64,000 nt of DNA from an uncultured delta proteobacterium (GCA_963713045.1 CAVQKE010000003.1:384001-448000); one strand, 5' to 3'. Counted from the first letter of the stretch, positions 18,772-29,970 are shown. Translations and numbers: made by a program. The notes: generated from the sequence alone by a model not told the origin.

Positions 18772-20238
18772 ATGCCACGCCCTCCCCCCTCCAGCCGCCG
18801 CAGCTCCGCGCCGCGAAGGGCTGGCGCCCGCAGCGGCCAACCCGACGGCAGCCGGAAAGCACGCTCGCAACAACGGCGCCAACGACGGCGGGAGGAGGAG
18901 AGCGGCCAGAGGCCCGAGCGGCCCCTCCGGGAAGACTTGGTGACCCAGGCCTGCCTCGAAGCCTACGGCGCCATCCGCCACGAAGGGCGCTTGGCCGACC
19001 GTGCGCTGGAAGCCATCCTGCGGCCCAAGCGTCACCTCTACTCCAACGAACGCCGGGCGGTGGCCGAGCGCGTCTACGCGCTGGTGCGCCGGCAGCGCAC
19101 CGTTGACGCCTTGCTCGAGCGAACCGGACCAGCCTTTGGCCGTCTGTCCACCACCGCCCAGGACCGGCTGCGCATTGCCAGCTCCCGCGTCCTTGACGCT
19201 GAGGCGCCCGCCGCCGTCGCAGCCGGTATGGGACTCTCCCTCGGGGAGTTGGGCCTGCTGGAAGCGCTTCCGGCGGCACGCCGCTCGCTCTCGAGGCTGG
19301 CCGAGGAGGAGCGGTTCGCCCTCGAGGTGTCCTTCCCCGACGCCTTGGCGCGGGCGTGGCGGGCCGAGTACGGCGACGACGCCGCCAGGGCCGCCGAAGC
19401 TGTCAATACCCGCGCTCCCCTCACCATCCGCGCCAACACGCTGAAGACGGACCGCGAGGGACTGCGGAAGCGGCTGCGCACCGAAGGCGTGGAGGCCACG
19501 CCCACGCCGCTCAGCCCGCTCGGGCTGTTTCTCAGCGGGCATCAGAATGCCTTTGCGCTGCCCAGCTTTCGCGAAGGCCTTTTCGAAATCCAGGACGAGG
19601 GAAGCCAGCTGCTTGGACTGCTGGTCGATGCGCCGCCCACCTGCGTGGTGGATGCCTGCGCCGGGGCGGGGGGTAAGACGCTGCAATTGGCGGCGCAGAT
19701 GAAGAACCGCGGCGAACTCTTCGCCCTGGACGTCGACGCCAGGCGCCTGGACGACTTGCGCCAGCGGGCTCGCCGCGCCGGCGTCCACAACACCCGGGTG
19801 CGGCTGATTCCGGCCGAGGCGGCCGGTGCCCACGAGGCGCTGCGAGACCTGGAAGGACGTGCCGACCGCGTTCTCGTCGACGCGCCCTGCACTGGGACGG
19901 GCACCCTGCGACGCAAGCCCGACGCTCGCTACCGCTTCAGTGAGGAAGTGCTGGCCGAGGCCGTCGCCCGCCAAAGCGCCTTGTTGGAAGGGTTTGCTTT
20001 CTTGGTGAAGCCAGGCGGACGGCTGGTGTACGGCACCTGCAGCGTGCTTCGCGATGAAAACGAGGGCGTGGCGGAAGCATTTCTCGCCGGCCACCCGGAG
20101 TTCCGCCTGGTCCCGCCGGCGGACAAGCTTGGCGGGGAGCTTGGCGCCAAAGTCAGTCGCGGAAATTTTCTGCGACTTGCCACCCACCTCCACCAGACGG
20201 ATGGCTTCTTCGGGGCGACGTTTCTACGCGAGAAGTGA
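18772..20238 (+). CDS. RsmB/NOP-family SAM-dependent RNA m5C methyltransferase
   Basis: IRANTLK, QDEGSQL, DACAGAGGKT, VDAPCTG, YGTCS, DGFF. Confidence 0.93.
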   Translation: MPRPPPSSRRSSAPRRAGARSGQPDGSRKARSQQRRQRRREEESGQRPERPLREDLVTQACLEAYGAIRHEGRLADRALEAILRPKRHLYSNERRAVAERVYALVRRQRTVDALLERTGPAFGRLSTTAQDRLRIASSRVLDAEAPAAVAAGMGLSLGELGLLEALPAARRSLSRLAEEERFALEVSFPDALARAWRAEYGDDAARAAEAVNTRAPLTIRANTLKTDREGLRKRLRTEGVEATPTPLSPLGLFLSGHQNAFALPSFREGLFEIQDEGSQLLGLLVDAPPTCVVDACAGAGGKTLQLAAQMKNRGELFALDVDARRLDDLRQRARRAGVHNTRVRLIPAEAAGAHEALRDLEGRADRVLVDAPCTGTGTLRRKPDARYRFSEEVLAEAVARQSALLEGFAFLVKPGGRLVYGTCSVLRDENEGVAEAFLAGHPEFRLVPPADKLGGELGAKVSRGNFLRLATHLHQTDGFFGATFLREK

Positions 20239-20349
20239 GGCCGACGGCCGAGGCGGCCCGGCCAGCCCTAGGGATGACCGAGGAGGAGGCACCGCTCAAG
20301 GCACACCGGCGAGGCTGGGACGACTGCGGCCAATGGTCCAAAGGCGGCC

Positions 20350-20616
20350 CTAGCCGCCGTGCTGCGCGGCCCACTGCATGCCTTGCTGGACGTCCGAGAT
20401 GGCTCGAGCGACAAGCTCGAGCGCGCGCTCGCGGTGCCCACCCTTGTTGGGTTCGGCCTGCTCTAGCTCGCTGTGGGCGGATTGCAGCAAGGCGAGCGCG
20501 TTCTGCATGTGGGGTTGGTAGGAGGGCGGCGGCCCGCTGGCGCAGCCGGCAACAAACGCTGCCACCGCCCCTGAAACAAAACACGCCTTCCGCAGTCGGC
20601 TGGCTGAAAGGTGCAT
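20350..20616 (-). CDS. Small helical lipoprotein (hypothetical)
   Basis: Lipobox VAGC; HMQNAL...ELEQAEPNKGGHR. Confidence 0.75.
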   Translation of the reverse strand: MHLSASRLRKACFVSGAVAAFVAGCASGPPPSYQPHMQNALALLQSAHSELEQAEPNKGGHRERALELVARAISDVQQGMQWAAQHGG

Positions 20617-20618
20617 GG

Positions 20619-20873
20619 TTACATCCCTCCAGCGAAAGCGATGCCCGCTTCCACTTCGCGGATGGCTCCCGTCACCGCCTGTTGCGCCTGAGCGCGGTAG
20701 CCGCCTTTGTTGGCTTCAGCTTGTCTCAGCTCCGCTTGGGCATTCTGCAGCGCGTTGAGCGCGTTCACCATGTGAGGTTGTCGAGGCTGAGCCAAGACGC
20801 GACCCGCCGAGAAGGCGAGTCCGAGGACCGCGAGCGTGACCAGCGGCAGACGAAACGGAGACGTCGGATGCAT
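20619..20873 (-). CDS. Small secreted helical protein, paralog of the adjacent lipoprotein
   Basis: Signal peptide ending VLA; HMVNAL...ELRQAEANKGGYR; AGGAG upstream. Confidence 0.8.
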   Translation of the reverse strand: MHPTSPFRLPLVTLAVLGLAFSAGRVLAQPRQPHMVNALNALQNAQAELRQAEANKGGYRAQAQQAVTGAIREVEAGIAFAGGM

Positions 20874-21063
20874 GGCAATCTCCTCGGGTATTGGGGCTCC
20901 CCAGCTGAAGACGAGGAGTGCTGGCTTCGCTCCGAATTGTAGCTGAGCCTTCCAGGGGGGCGAATTTCCGTGGACGAGAGACAGGTGGCTCGCTGTCGTA
21001 CGCTTCGGCGTCGGGCAGCCAGGACAACGGCGCCCTTCGCCCTCGCGCTTGGTTGCGACGGAT

Positions 21064-21567
21064 TTAACGCAAGTTCAACTGGCCAAGAAAATCGCGCTTG
21101 CCCAGCTCAACGCCGTTGTGCCGAAGGATGGCGTAGGCCGTGGTGAGGTGAAAAAAGAAATTCGGCATCGCTTGCTCGATGAAATAGTCGGAGGCAGTCA
21201 TCGACTTCCCCTCCCAGCGGGGGCGGCGCACCGTTCGCGAATCCGTTCCTTCAAAGTCTTTGGCCGTAAAAGAGTCGAGATAACCGATGACCGCCGCAAT
21301 TCGACCGCGCACCTCCTCGAAAGTCTGCTCGGTGTCGGCATGAGCCGGCGGTTCCTGACCGGTGGTGAAGGCTGCGGCGAACTTGGCGTTGTCGCATGCA
21401 CTCTGGAACTGGCGAACCAGCGGAAACATGTCCGGCGCCAACCGCGCCTGGAGCAGGACATTCGGGTCGTAGCCTTTGGCGGCGGCGTGGGCGGCGGCCT
21501 TGTCCAGCCAGCCGTCCATGTTCTTCAACAGCTTCTTCATCTCGAGGAGAATTGGGAAGAGGGTCAT
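21064..21567 (-). CDS. DUF1993-family protein (DinB/YfiT-like helical fold)
   Basis: RLAPDMFPL..Q, PNFFFHLTTAYAILRHNGVELGKRDF. Confidence 0.9.
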   Translation of the reverse strand: MTLFPILLEMKKLLKNMDGWLDKAAAHAAAKGYDPNVLLQARLAPDMFPLVRQFQSACDNAKFAAAFTTGQEPPAHADTEQTFEEVRGRIAAVIGYLDSFTAKDFEGTDSRTVRRPRWEGKSMTASDYFIEQAMPNFFFHLTTAYAILRHNGVELGKRDFLGQLNLR

Positions 21568-21694
21568 GGGCTGACCCTAACCAACTCCTTTCCAGCCCGC
21601 CTGGGAGAAAAGCCGAGGTCAAACCCCCGTCTGACTGCGGCACCCGCTTGGGTCAACCGTCGGCTGGGGTACAACCTGGGCGAGGCTGGAAGCC

Positions 21695-22450
21695 CTAGTG
21701 GGTGGCCGCCGCGCCCAAATAGGCGTGCTGCACCGAGGGGTCGGCCAGCAGCTGCTGGGCGGACCCAGCCAGCTTGATGTGGCCTTGCTCGATGACGTAG
21801 GCACGGTCGGCCACTTCGAGGGCCCGGTAGGCCAGCTGCTCCACCAACAACAGGGTCGTGTCCCGCGCCGCCTTGAGCCGCTCGATGAGGGCAAAGACTT
21901 CGTCGATGATGACCGGGGCGAGCCCCATCGAGGGTTCGTCGAGGAGGAGCAATCTCGGGCGGCTGAGAAGTGCCCGAGCAATGGCCAGCATCTGCTGCTC
22001 CCCACCCGACAGCGTCCCGGCCAGCTGGTCCAGCCGTTCTCGCAGCCTGGGGAAGATGGACAACAGCCGCTCGGTGTCCTCGGCCACCTCGCGCTTGTGC
22101 CCGGCACGCCGGCGCGCAAAGGCCCCCAGCACCAGGTTGTCACGCACCGACTGTTGGGCAAAGACGCGACGTCCCTCCGGCACCTGGGCCACGCCCAGCT
22201 TCACCACGCGGTGCGCGGGGACGCCGGTCAGCGGCTTTCCGTCGAAGCGCACCCGGCCACTGGTCGGCTGCAGCAGCCCGGAGATGGTCTTCATCATCGT
22301 GGTCTTTCCGGCGCCGTTGCTGCCGATGACGGCCACCAGTTCGCCCTGAGCCACGGTGAGGGAGATTCCGTTGAGGGCCCGAATCCGTCCGTAGTCGACC
22401 ACCAGTTCTTCGATGGACAACAGCGGCTCGCTTGTATGAGGTGCACTCAT
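21695..22450 (-). CDS. livF: Branched-chain amino acid ABC transporter ATP-binding subunit (LivF-like)
   Basis: GSNGAGKT, VPEGRRVF, LSGGEQQM, DEPSMGL. Confidence 0.92.
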   Translation of the reverse strand: MSAPHTSEPLLSIEELVVDYGRIRALNGISLTVAQGELVAVIGSNGAGKTTMMKTISGLLQPTSGRVRFDGKPLTGVPAHRVVKLGVAQVPEGRRVFAQQSVRDNLVLGAFARRRAGHKREVAEDTERLLSIFPRLRERLDQLAGTLSGGEQQMLAIARALLSRPRLLLLDEPSMGLAPVIIDEVFALIERLKAARDTTLLLVEQLAYRALEVADRAYVIEQGHIKLAGSAQQLLADPSVQHAYLGAAATH

Positions 22451-24300
22451 CCCGCCACCACCGAAGTGCGGTGGGTCCCGAGGTAGGCCTCCACCACCGC
22501 CGGGTTTTCCTGGATGAGCTTCGGCCTTCCCTCGGCAATCTTCTTGCCAAAGTCCAGGACGCTGACGTCGTCACTGACGGCCATCACCATGTCCATGTGG
22601 TGTTCAATGAGGAGGATGGACACACCGGCCGCCTTGATGCGTTGAATGAGCAGGTTGATGGCCTGAATTTCCCCAGACGTCAGGCCGGCCGCCGGCTCGT
22701 CGAGCAGGAGCAGCGTCGGGGCCAGCGCCAGCGCGCGGGCAATCTCCAACAACCTGGCCTGCCCGTAGGCCAGGTTGCGCGCCTTGTCGAACGCCGCCTG
22801 CTCGAGGCCGACAAAGCGGAGCAGCGCATAGGCCCGTACCCGCGCCTGGGCTTCCTCGCGACGGGCGCGCGGAAGGCGGAACGCCACCTCGGCCAGGGAC
22901 GCTTTGAACGAAGGGTGAAGGCCGACCATGACGTTTTCCAGCACGGTGAGGTCGCCGAACAGCTGCAGGTTCTGGAAGGTGCGGGCAATGCCGGCGCGTG
23001 CACGCTGGTGCGTCTTCAGCGGCGCCAAGTCCCGTCCGAAGCAGAACATCTGTCCGGCGGTGGGCGTGTAAAGACCGGTCAGCACGTTGACGGTGGTGCT
23101 CTTGCCGCTGCCGTTGGGGCCGATGAGACCCCGGACGGAGCCCGGTGGCACCTCCAGGTCGAGGTCCCGCAATGCAGTGAGGCCGCCGAATTTCATCTGC
23201 AGGCCTTCAAGCCGCAATGCCATCCCCTCTCCGGGCATCGCAGAACGTGGCAACGCCTCCATCCCAGTGGATTGCTGGTCAAGAGCGGCGCGCTCGGCCG
23301 CATGCTCCGGCGGGCGAAACCGAAGCCAGCCGCGGCGAACCAGGCCCACCACGCCCTCGGGGAAGAAATACAACATCACCAGGAGCACCGAGCCGTACAC
23401 CATCAAGCGGTAGTCCGCGAAGCCGCTGAACAGGTCGGGCAACACCACCACCAGGGCGGCACCCACCAGGTTGCCGGCAATGCTGCGGACGCCTCCGAAA
23501 ATCAGGGCGATGAGGAACTCGACCGAAAAGCTGTATTCAAAGGTGTTGGGGGCGACGTAGCTATCCAATTGGGAGAAGAAGGCGCCCGCCACACCCGCCA
23601 CCGCCGCCGACAGGACGAAGGCAGAAACCTTGAAGTAGCTCCGACTGATGCCGCAGCACTCGGCTGCGACGGCGCTGTATTTGATGGCCTCGAAGGCGCG
23701 CCCCCAGAAGCTGTGGGTGACGTTGTGGACGACGAAGAGCACCAGCACCAGCGCCGGGTAGACGACGTAGAGATAATTGGAACCGCTCAGCTTGAGGCCA
23801 CCGAGGTGCAGCGGCGTGAGAGTGATGCCCTTGGTGCCGTTGGTGAGGCCCTCCTGCTCGTTGATGAAGGTGTAGATGATGAGGCCATAGACAATGGTGA
23901 TGACCGCCAAGTAGGGGCCACTCGACCGCAACGCCGGAAAGCCAAGCAAGAAGCCGGCGAACGCCGACAGCAGGATGGCCGGCAGCAGCGCCACCAGGAA
24001 GGGCAGCTGAGGCCAGTGCTGGATGGTGCTGTAGGCGTCGGTGTTGAGCGCCGGGCCGGCGGTCAGTACGGCCACGGTGTAGGCGCCGATGGCGAACAGT
24101 CCGGCGTGGCCGATGGAGACGTCGCCGAGGTAGCCGACCACCAAGTCCAGCGAGGCCACCAACATGGTGTACACCAGGATTCTGGACACCATCCCCACGT
24201 AGTAGCTGTTGTCGATGGCGCGTGGGATGAGCAGCGGCAGCAGCAGGAGCAGCGGCGTCAGACGTCGCAGCAGGCTGGCCCTCAGGGTGCCGGCGCCCAT
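22447..24300 (-). CDS. Fused BCAA ABC permease/ATP-binding subunit (LivM-LivG)
   Basis: N-terminal TM permease (GHAGLFAIGAY); C-terminal GPNGSGKST, RTFQN, DEPAAG, IEHHM. Confidence 0.92.
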   Translation of the reverse strand: MGAGTLRASLLRRLTPLLLLLPLLIPRAIDNSYYVGMVSRILVYTMLVASLDLVVGYLGDVSIGHAGLFAIGAYTVAVLTAGPALNTDAYSTIQHWPQLPFLVALLPAILLSAFAGFLLGFPALRSSGPYLAVITIVYGLIIYTFINEQEGLTNGTKGITLTPLHLGGLKLSGSNYLYVVYPALVLVLFVVHNVTHSFWGRAFEAIKYSAVAAECCGISRSYFKVSAFVLSAAVAGVAGAFFSQLDSYVAPNTFEYSFSVEFLIALIFGGVRSIAGNLVGAALVVVLPDLFSGFADYRLMVYGSVLLVMLYFFPEGVVGLVRRGWLRFRPPEHAAERAALDQQSTGMEALPRSAMPGEGMALRLEGLQMKFGGLTALRDLDLEVPPGSVRGLIGPNGSGKSTTVNVLTGLYTPTAGQMFCFGRDLAPLKTHQRARAGIARTFQNLQLFGDLTVLENVMVGLHPSFKASLAEVAFRLPRARREEAQARVRAYALLRFVGLEQAAFDKARNLAYGQARLLEIARALALAPTLLLLDEPAAGLTSGEIQAINLLIQRIKAAGVSILLIEHHMDMVMAVSDDVSVLDFGKKIAEGRPKLIQENPAVVEAYLGTHRTSVVAG

Positions 24301-25208
24301 TACACCTTCCGAATGGCGGCCCGACCGAAGAGGCCTGAGGGTTTGACCAGGAGCAGCAGCACCAACAGCACGAAGCCGGGGACGTCCTTGTAGCCGGTGG
24401 AGACAAAGCGGGCGGTCAGGCTCTCGGAGATACCGAGAAAGAGGCCGCCCACCACCGCCCCGAAGCCCGACTCGAGGCCACCGATGATGCTCGCGCTGTA
24501 GGCCTTCACGCCAAGCACGGTCCCCATGGTGGCGCTCACCAGGGTGATGGGAGCCACCAGCACGCCGCCCACGCAGGCGATGGCCGTCGACAACATGAAG
24601 GAGAAGAGGATGATGAACTTCTGGTTGATGCCCATCAGCGAGGCAGTGTCTCTGTCTTCGCTGACCGCCATCACCGCCTTGCCGAAGACAGTGCGACGCT
24701 TAAAGAATTCCACTCCAGCGACGATGGCCAGGCTGACCAGGATGATGAGAACTTCCTGCGGGTAGACGCCGAGCCCCCCAGACAGCGAGCCGTCCGCTTG
24801 GCGCTCGCCGAAGAAGCGCCACGGACTGTCTCCCAGTGGCGAGCGGAACTTGAAGTCGTCGGTGCTCCAGAAGACTTCGACCGCATTGCGCAGGACGATG
24901 CCGACCGCCAGCGTTGCGAGAATCCAGCCGTAGGCACTCCCCTGCTTCAGCGAAGGCTCGACCGCCACCTTCAGAAGCACCGCGCCGCCCACCACGCCCA
25001 CCAACACCACCGCCGACAGCGCAGCGAAGAAGGGCAGGCCGCGCGTCATGTAGAGGATGAAGCCGACCACTCCACCCAGCATCAGGAAGTTGCCCAGCGA
25101 GAAATTCAGCGTCTTCGAGGTGGCGAAGGTGATGTTGTAGCCAAAGGCGACCAGGGCATAAATCATCCCCTGTGCCACACCGCTGATGAGAAGCTGGAGG
25201 GTCTGCAT
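24300..25208 (-). CDS. livH: BCAA ABC permease (LivH-like)
   Basis: GMIYALVAFG, ASLMGIN, IIGGL; multiple TM segments. Confidence 0.9.
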   Translation of the reverse strand: MQTLQLLISGVAQGMIYALVAFGYNITFATSKTLNFSLGNFLMLGGVVGFILYMTRGLPFFAALSAVVLVGVVGGAVLLKVAVEPSLKQGSAYGWILATLAVGIVLRNAVEVFWSTDDFKFRSPLGDSPWRFFGERQADGSLSGGLGVYPQEVLIILVSLAIVAGVEFFKRRTVFGKAVMAVSEDRDTASLMGINQKFIILFSFMLSTAIACVGGVLVAPITLVSATMGTVLGVKAYSASIIGGLESGFGAVVGGLFLGISESLTARFVSTGYKDVPGFVLLVLLLLVKPSGLFGRAAIRKV

Positions 25209-25273
25209 CGGCTCGCGCCAGGGAAGCCTCGCACCACTGCCGGAGGACTGCAGCTGCGCCGCAGCGAGAGCGG

Positions 25274-26428
25274 CTACTTCGCGCGGTAGGCTCCCTCGGG
25301 CACCACCGTTCCGTTGAGCACCACGCCCATCTTCACCACCAATTCGGTCACCGCCTCGTGGTTGGTCGGGGTAAAGGGCCGCTGGTAGGTGCCGGTAATC
25401 CCGTTGAAGGGCGCCTTCAAGTTCTCCAGCGCGTCTTTAATCTTCGTTCCGTCGGTGCTCTTGGCTTGCTCGATGGCAGCCTTCAATAGGTAAAGCGAGT
25501 CGTAGCCCTGCGCCGCGGCGACAGCCACGGCGATGGGGTTTTGGTTGTACTTGACATGGTAGGTCTCGACGAACGTCTTCTGTCTGGGCTTGCTCACGTC
25601 GCCCTCAATAAACGTCAGCGGAGCAGCCGCGCCGTTTCCATTCTTCCCGGCATTGTTGATGAAGGCTTCCATCGAAATGGTCCAGCCGCCCAGCATGTCC
25701 ACCTTCCAGCCGATGCGGTCCAGGGAGTTGGCCAGTGCCGCCAGTTCGGGACCAATTCCATAGACCAACAGCACGTCGGCACCGGCCGCCTTGGCCTCCT
25801 GCACCTGCGCCGTCATGTCGGTGTCCTTAATTTTGAATTTTCCGACGCTCACCGGCGCCAGGTTCCGTTTGGCCAGCGCCGCCTTCAGCTTGGTGCAACC
25901 GCCCTGGCCGTAGTTGGTGTCGTCGCAGATGAGAGCCGGCTTCTTGTATTTGCGGACGTCGATGGCCTCACGCACAATCAGCTCGGTTTGAAGGATGTCG
26001 GAAGCGGCGATGCGGAAGATGTAATTCTCCACGCCCGGTGCGAAGTACTCATTGACCTTGGCCCCCGCCGACGCGTTGATGATGACCGGGACCTTCTTTT
26101 CGTTGGCATAGCGAGTTGAGTTGTCGGCGACTCCGGTGTTGATGGGCCCCAGGACAGCGACCACTTTCTCCTTCTCCAGAAACTCCTGCATGATTTGAGC
26201 GCCACGCTCGTTTTTCGCCTCATCATCTCGGATGACCAGGACCACTGGCTGGCCGAGGATGCCGCCCGCTTTATTGATTTCTTCCGCGGCCATCTCCACG
26301 CCGTTGCGCATCGAAACGCCCATGCCGGCCGAGCCGCCGGTGAAGGGGCCGTACACGCCCACTTTGATGTCTGCCAGCGCGGGCGCAGCAAGCAGCAGCA
26401 CCACAAGTCCCAACCGACGTCCAGTCAT
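25274..26428 (-). CDS. ABC transporter substrate-binding protein (LivJ/K family)
   Basis: Signal peptide, GPFTG, EINKAGGILG, DDTNYG, AQGYD. Confidence 0.92.
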   Translation of the reverse strand: MTGRRLGLVVLLLAAPALADIKVGVYGPFTGGSAGMGVSMRNGVEMAAEEINKAGGILGQPVVLVIRDDEAKNERGAQIMQEFLEKEKVVAVLGPINTGVADNSTRYANEKKVPVIINASAGAKVNEYFAPGVENYIFRIAASDILQTELIVREAIDVRKYKKPALICDDTNYGQGGCTKLKAALAKRNLAPVSVGKFKIKDTDMTAQVQEAKAAGADVLLVYGIGPELAALANSLDRIGWKVDMLGGWTISMEAFINNAGKNGNGAAAPLTFIEGDVSKPRQKTFVETYHVKYNQNPIAVAVAAAQGYDSLYLLKAAIEQAKSTDGTKIKDALENLKAPFNGITGTYQRPFTPTNHEAVTELVVKMGVVLNGTVVPEGAYRAK

Positions 26429-26604
26429 CTTCAACGCTCCTTCTCCCCCCAGTGGACTCTTGCGGTGGTGGGCAAAGGGCGCAATGGCTTTCTCGCGGCC
26501 CCGGCCCTAGGCGAGGTGACGCGACGCGTCCAGGAAGGCCGTGAAGCCATGCTATTTCAGAGGTAAACGACGTCCCCCCCCCGGTGGCGAGGAGACCTCA
26601 ACTG

Positions 26605-28365
26605 ATGGCCGAAGCCGTGCGCTACCGCATCTGCATGCCCCGCCCGCACCACCACCTCTTCGAGGTCGAGGCGCGCTTCCCGCCCCAGGACGTCCTGGAA
26701 GCCGTGCTCCCGGTGTGGACTCCGGGAAGTTACCTCCTCCGCGAATTCGCCCGGCACGTCCAGGACGTGAGCGCCCAGGACGAGTCTGGTTCACCCCTCC
26801 ACGTCGAGCGCACCGACAAGCGTACCTGGCGTGTGGAGAGTCGAGGTCGACCGACGGTCCTGCGCTATCGCGTCTACGCCAATGAGCTCAGCGTGCGCAC
26901 CAGCCATCTGGACGGCACCCACGGGTACTTCAACGGCGCGAGTGTGTTTCTCCACGCGGAGTCGCTGCGCGCCCTTCCCCACCGAGTGCGGGTGGAGCCG
27001 CCGCCAGGCTGGAGTGTCTTCACCGCCCTCGACTGGGACGGCGGGGAGTTGGTCGCCCCGGACTACGACACGCTGGTGGACAGCCCAGTGGAGGTCGGCC
27101 CTCACCAGCCACTGTCCTTTGTCGCGGCGGATGTGCCGCACCAGGTGGTGGTGTGGGGCGAGCCTAAGCCGGATGGGCAGCGGTTGGTGACGGACTTGAA
27201 AGCGGTGTGCGAGGCGGAGGCCGCTTTCTTCGGCGGCCTTCCTCTGAAGCGCTACCTGTTCCTCATCTACCTCACCGACAAGGGTCGCGGCGGCCTCGAG
27301 CACATGGCGTCGACGGCGCTGCTCTTTGCCCGCTCTGCCCTCCAGACGCAGAAGGGCTGGGAGGACTTTCTCACCCTGGCCTCGCACGAGTATTTCCACC
27401 TGTGGAACGTCAAGCGCATCAAACCCCGGGCGCTGGTGCCATTTCGCTACGGAGAGGAGGCCTATACCCGGCTCCTGTGGGCCTTTGAGGGCACCACCTC
27501 CTATTACGACAATCTCCTCGTCCGCCGAGCCGGGTTGATGTCCCCACCGCGCTACCTCACCAGGCTCGGCGAGGCGCTGAGTGTCCTGGCCGCGACCCCT
27601 GGGCGCCGCGTGCAGACGCTCGAGGAGGCTTCGCTCACCGCTTGGGTGAAGTACTACCGCCCCGACGAGAACACGGTGAATAGCGGCGTCTCCTACTACT
27701 TGAAGGGAGAGCTGGTGGCGCTCTGTCTTGACTTGTCATTGCGCCAACTCACCGCTGATGCGCACCGCCTGGACGACGTGATGCGCCTTCTCTGGCAGCG
27801 CTATGGCGACGGTCGAGGTGTGCCGGAGGACGGCGTGGAGGCCGCGGCCGCAGAAGTCGCCGGGCAAAGCCTCAAACCATTTTTCGACCGCGCGCTGCGG
27901 AGCACCGAGGAACTCGACTTCAGTGTCCTCAGCCACGTCGGGCTGGAGGCGCTCAGCCGGGTGCGCGAGTCGGCCGGCGACCGGGGAGGCACGCCTCCGC
28001 GCGTCAAGTCCGGCGAAGCCCGCGAGCGCGGCTGGCTGGGAGTGGTGCCGCGCACCGGTGCCACCCTGGCGTCGGTGCTGGAAGGCTCGCCGGCGATGGA
28101 GGCCGGCCTCTACCCCGAGGACGAGGTTGTCGCCTTGGACGGCGAGCGCGTGGACGCGGCCGGCCTCATCTCACGCTGTGATGACCGAGCGCCGGGCACA
28201 CCCGTCACGCTGCACGTCTTTCGCCGCGACCGCCTGGTGGAAGTGAAGGCCACCTTGGGTCGCCGTCCCCTCGACGCAGTCTGGCTGGCGCGGGTGGAGA
28301 ACCCCTCCGAAGCGCAAAAAGCAAGCTACCAGCGGTGGATGGGGGCTGGCTGGGAGGACAACTGA
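26605..28365 (+). CDS. M61-family glycyl aminopeptidase with C-terminal PDZ
   Basis: [41 protein letters not shown] region. Confidence 0.93.
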   Translation: MAEAVRYRICMPRPHHHLFEVEARFPPQDVLEAVLPVWTPGSYLLREFARHVQDVSAQDESGSPLHVERTDKRTWRVESRGRPTVLRYRVYANELSVRTSHLDGTHGYFNGASVFLHAESLRALPHRVRVEPPPGWSVFTALDWDGGELVAPDYDTLVDSPVEVGPHQPLSFVAADVPHQVVVWGEPKPDGQRLVTDLKAVCEAEAAFFGGLPLKRYLFLIYLTDKGRGGLEHMASTALLFARSALQTQKGWEDFLTLASHEYFHLWNVKRIKPRALVPFRYGEEAYTRLLWAFEGTTSYYDNLLVRRAGLMSPPRYLTRLGEALSVLAATPGRRVQTLEEASLTAWVKYYRPDENTVNSGVSYYLKGELVALCLDLSLRQLTADAHRLDDVMRLLWQRYGDGRGVPEDGVEAAAAEVAGQSLKPFFDRALRSTEELDFSVLSHVGLEALSRVRESAGDRGGTPPRVKSGEARERGWLGVVPRTGATLASVLEGSPAMEAGLYPEDEVVALDGERVDAAGLISRCDDRAPGTPVTLHVFRRDRLVEVKATLGRRPLDAVWLARVENPSEAQKASYQRWMGAGWEDN

Positions 28366-28432
28366 CGTCCGGCCGCCTTCGGCCCGGGCCGGCCCTACCG
28401 GCGGAGCCTTCTGGCCTGCTGTCGGCCGTTGC

Positions 28433-29302
28433 GTGTACCCTTTCTCCGACGTGGCCGCTCGCCTCGAGACGTTGCTCGCTCTTCCGCTCGGCACATTGCG
28501 CCTGCGCTTTCTCGAACGCGGTCGGGCCGTCCCGCAGGGACTGCTCGAGGCGCTGGAGACAGACGCTCGCTCCGGCGCGCGGGCGCTGGCCGACGCCATC
28601 CGCGAGCGCCGGGCCACCAACCGCGCCGAGGGCCAGCGGCTCCGCTACCTGTTGCGCTTCGAGATAGAACTCTGGGAGGCAGGGCACGTCCACGTGGCGG
28701 GGGTGGACGAGGCGGGGATGGCCCCGCTGGCCGGCCCGGTGGTGGCCGCGGCAGTCGTCCTACCGAAGGCCTACAAGCTGAGAGGCCTCGACGACAGCAA
28801 AAAGGTGCTGGACCCGGAGCGTCGCGTTCACCTCGCCGTCGCCGTGAAGCGTGACGCGCTCGCCTGGGGCGTAGGCCGCGCCGAGGTGGAGGAAGTCGAC
28901 CAGCTCAACATCTACCATGCCGGCTTGCTCGCCATGCGCCGCGCGGTGGAGGCGCTGGGGATGGTGCCGGACTTCGTCCTCGTCGACGCGCGGCGCATTC
29001 CCCACTGCCCAGCGCCGCAGCGCGGAATTGTGCATGGGGATGAGCTGTCGGCGAGCATCGCCGCCGCTTCCATCATCGCCAAGACGACGCGCGACGCGCT
29101 GATGGCCGAGTACGACCGGCAGTACCCGGGGTACGGCTTCGCCGTCCACAAGGGCTACCCCACACCCCAACACGAGGCGGCCTTGCGTAGCCTCGGCGCC
29201 TGCCCGCTGCACCGCCGCAGTTTCGCGCCCGTCCGACAGGCGCTCGGCCTCGAGCCAGAGCAGGGGTCTCTCTTCGAGACGTCACCCGCGCCCGCCGGTT
29301 GA
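28433..29302 (+). CDS. rnhB: Ribonuclease HII
   Basis: [39 protein letters not shown]. Confidence 0.95.
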   Translation: MYPFSDVAARLETLLALPLGTLRLRFLERGRAVPQGLLEALETDARSGARALADAIRERRATNRAEGQRLRYLLRFEIELWEAGHVHVAGVDEAGMAPLAGPVVAAAVVLPKAYKLRGLDDSKKVLDPERRVHLAVAVKRDALAWGVGRAEVEEVDQLNIYHAGLLAMRRAVEALGMVPDFVLVDARRIPHCPAPQRGIVHGDELSASIAAASIIAKTTRDALMAEYDRQYPGYGFAVHKGYPTPQHEAALRSLGACPLHRRSFAPVRQALGLEPEQGSLFETSPAPAG

Positions 29303-29934
29303 GCGCAGACGTCGAGATAGATGGCTGGCTTGCCGGCCTCGGCTTCGCCCCAGGTCCCCCGCGCACCGCCGCCCGCGCCGCATTGGAGGAGGCGCAGCTC
29401 ACCCGGCCCAACAAGGCGCGAATGAGCACGCAAAAACTTGAGCGGGCCGCAGCCCAGCTTGCTGCCCGCTTCACGCTTCACTGTGCGAGCGCGGCTTGCA
29501 CCGAGGCCGCTCGGCGCTCGGGGCGGGAACCCCTGTTGGCCGCCACCAAGGCCCACTGTCCTTACTGTGGGGGCTCCGACAACGCGCGCGCGGCGCGAGA
29601 CCTCCTCGCCGCCTGCGCCCGGGCCGGCGTCCGGCGAGTGTTGGTGGTGGGCGGCTCACCGGCCGTGCGCGAGGAACTCCACGCCGTGCTGGGCGAACAA
29701 CTTGCGTTACGGACCGTCGACGGCACCGAGCGGCGGACACAGGAGCGCGCCCGCGGCGACCTCGAGTGGGCCGACCTCGTCCTGTTGTGGGGCGCGACAC
29801 AGCTGGACCACAAGGTGAGCGCGCACTACGCCCACCCACCGGCCGCGCTGCGCGGAAAGCTGGTGCAGGTCGCGCGCCGGGGCATTGCCGCACTGCTGAC
29901 GGCGGCGGTGGAGCATTTAGGCCGGAGGCGTTGA
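29299..29934 (+). CDS. Hypothetical protein with Cys motifs and a DUF2325-like C-terminal domain
   Basis: TTGA overlap with rnhB; CxxxxC...CPYC; VLVVGG...ADLVLLW...LDHKVS. Confidence 0.65.
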   Translation: MSADVEIDGWLAGLGFAPGPPRTAARAALEEAQLTRPNKARMSTQKLERAAAQLAARFTLHCASAACTEAARRSGREPLLAATKAHCPYCGGSDNARAARDLLAACARAGVRRVLVVGGSPAVREELHAVLGEQLALRTVDGTERRTQERARGDLEWADLVLLWGATQLDHKVSAHYAHPPAALRGKLVQVARRGIAALLTAAVEHLGRRR

Positions 29935-29970
29935 GCGTCGCGCTCCCCAGCACCCGACGCGAGGCAACCC

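Noticed and set aside
14145..26582. G/C homopolymer runs (near 102, 14145, 26574) as phase-variation tracts
   Set aside because: They are short and intergenic, which is unremarkable in GC-rich DNA.
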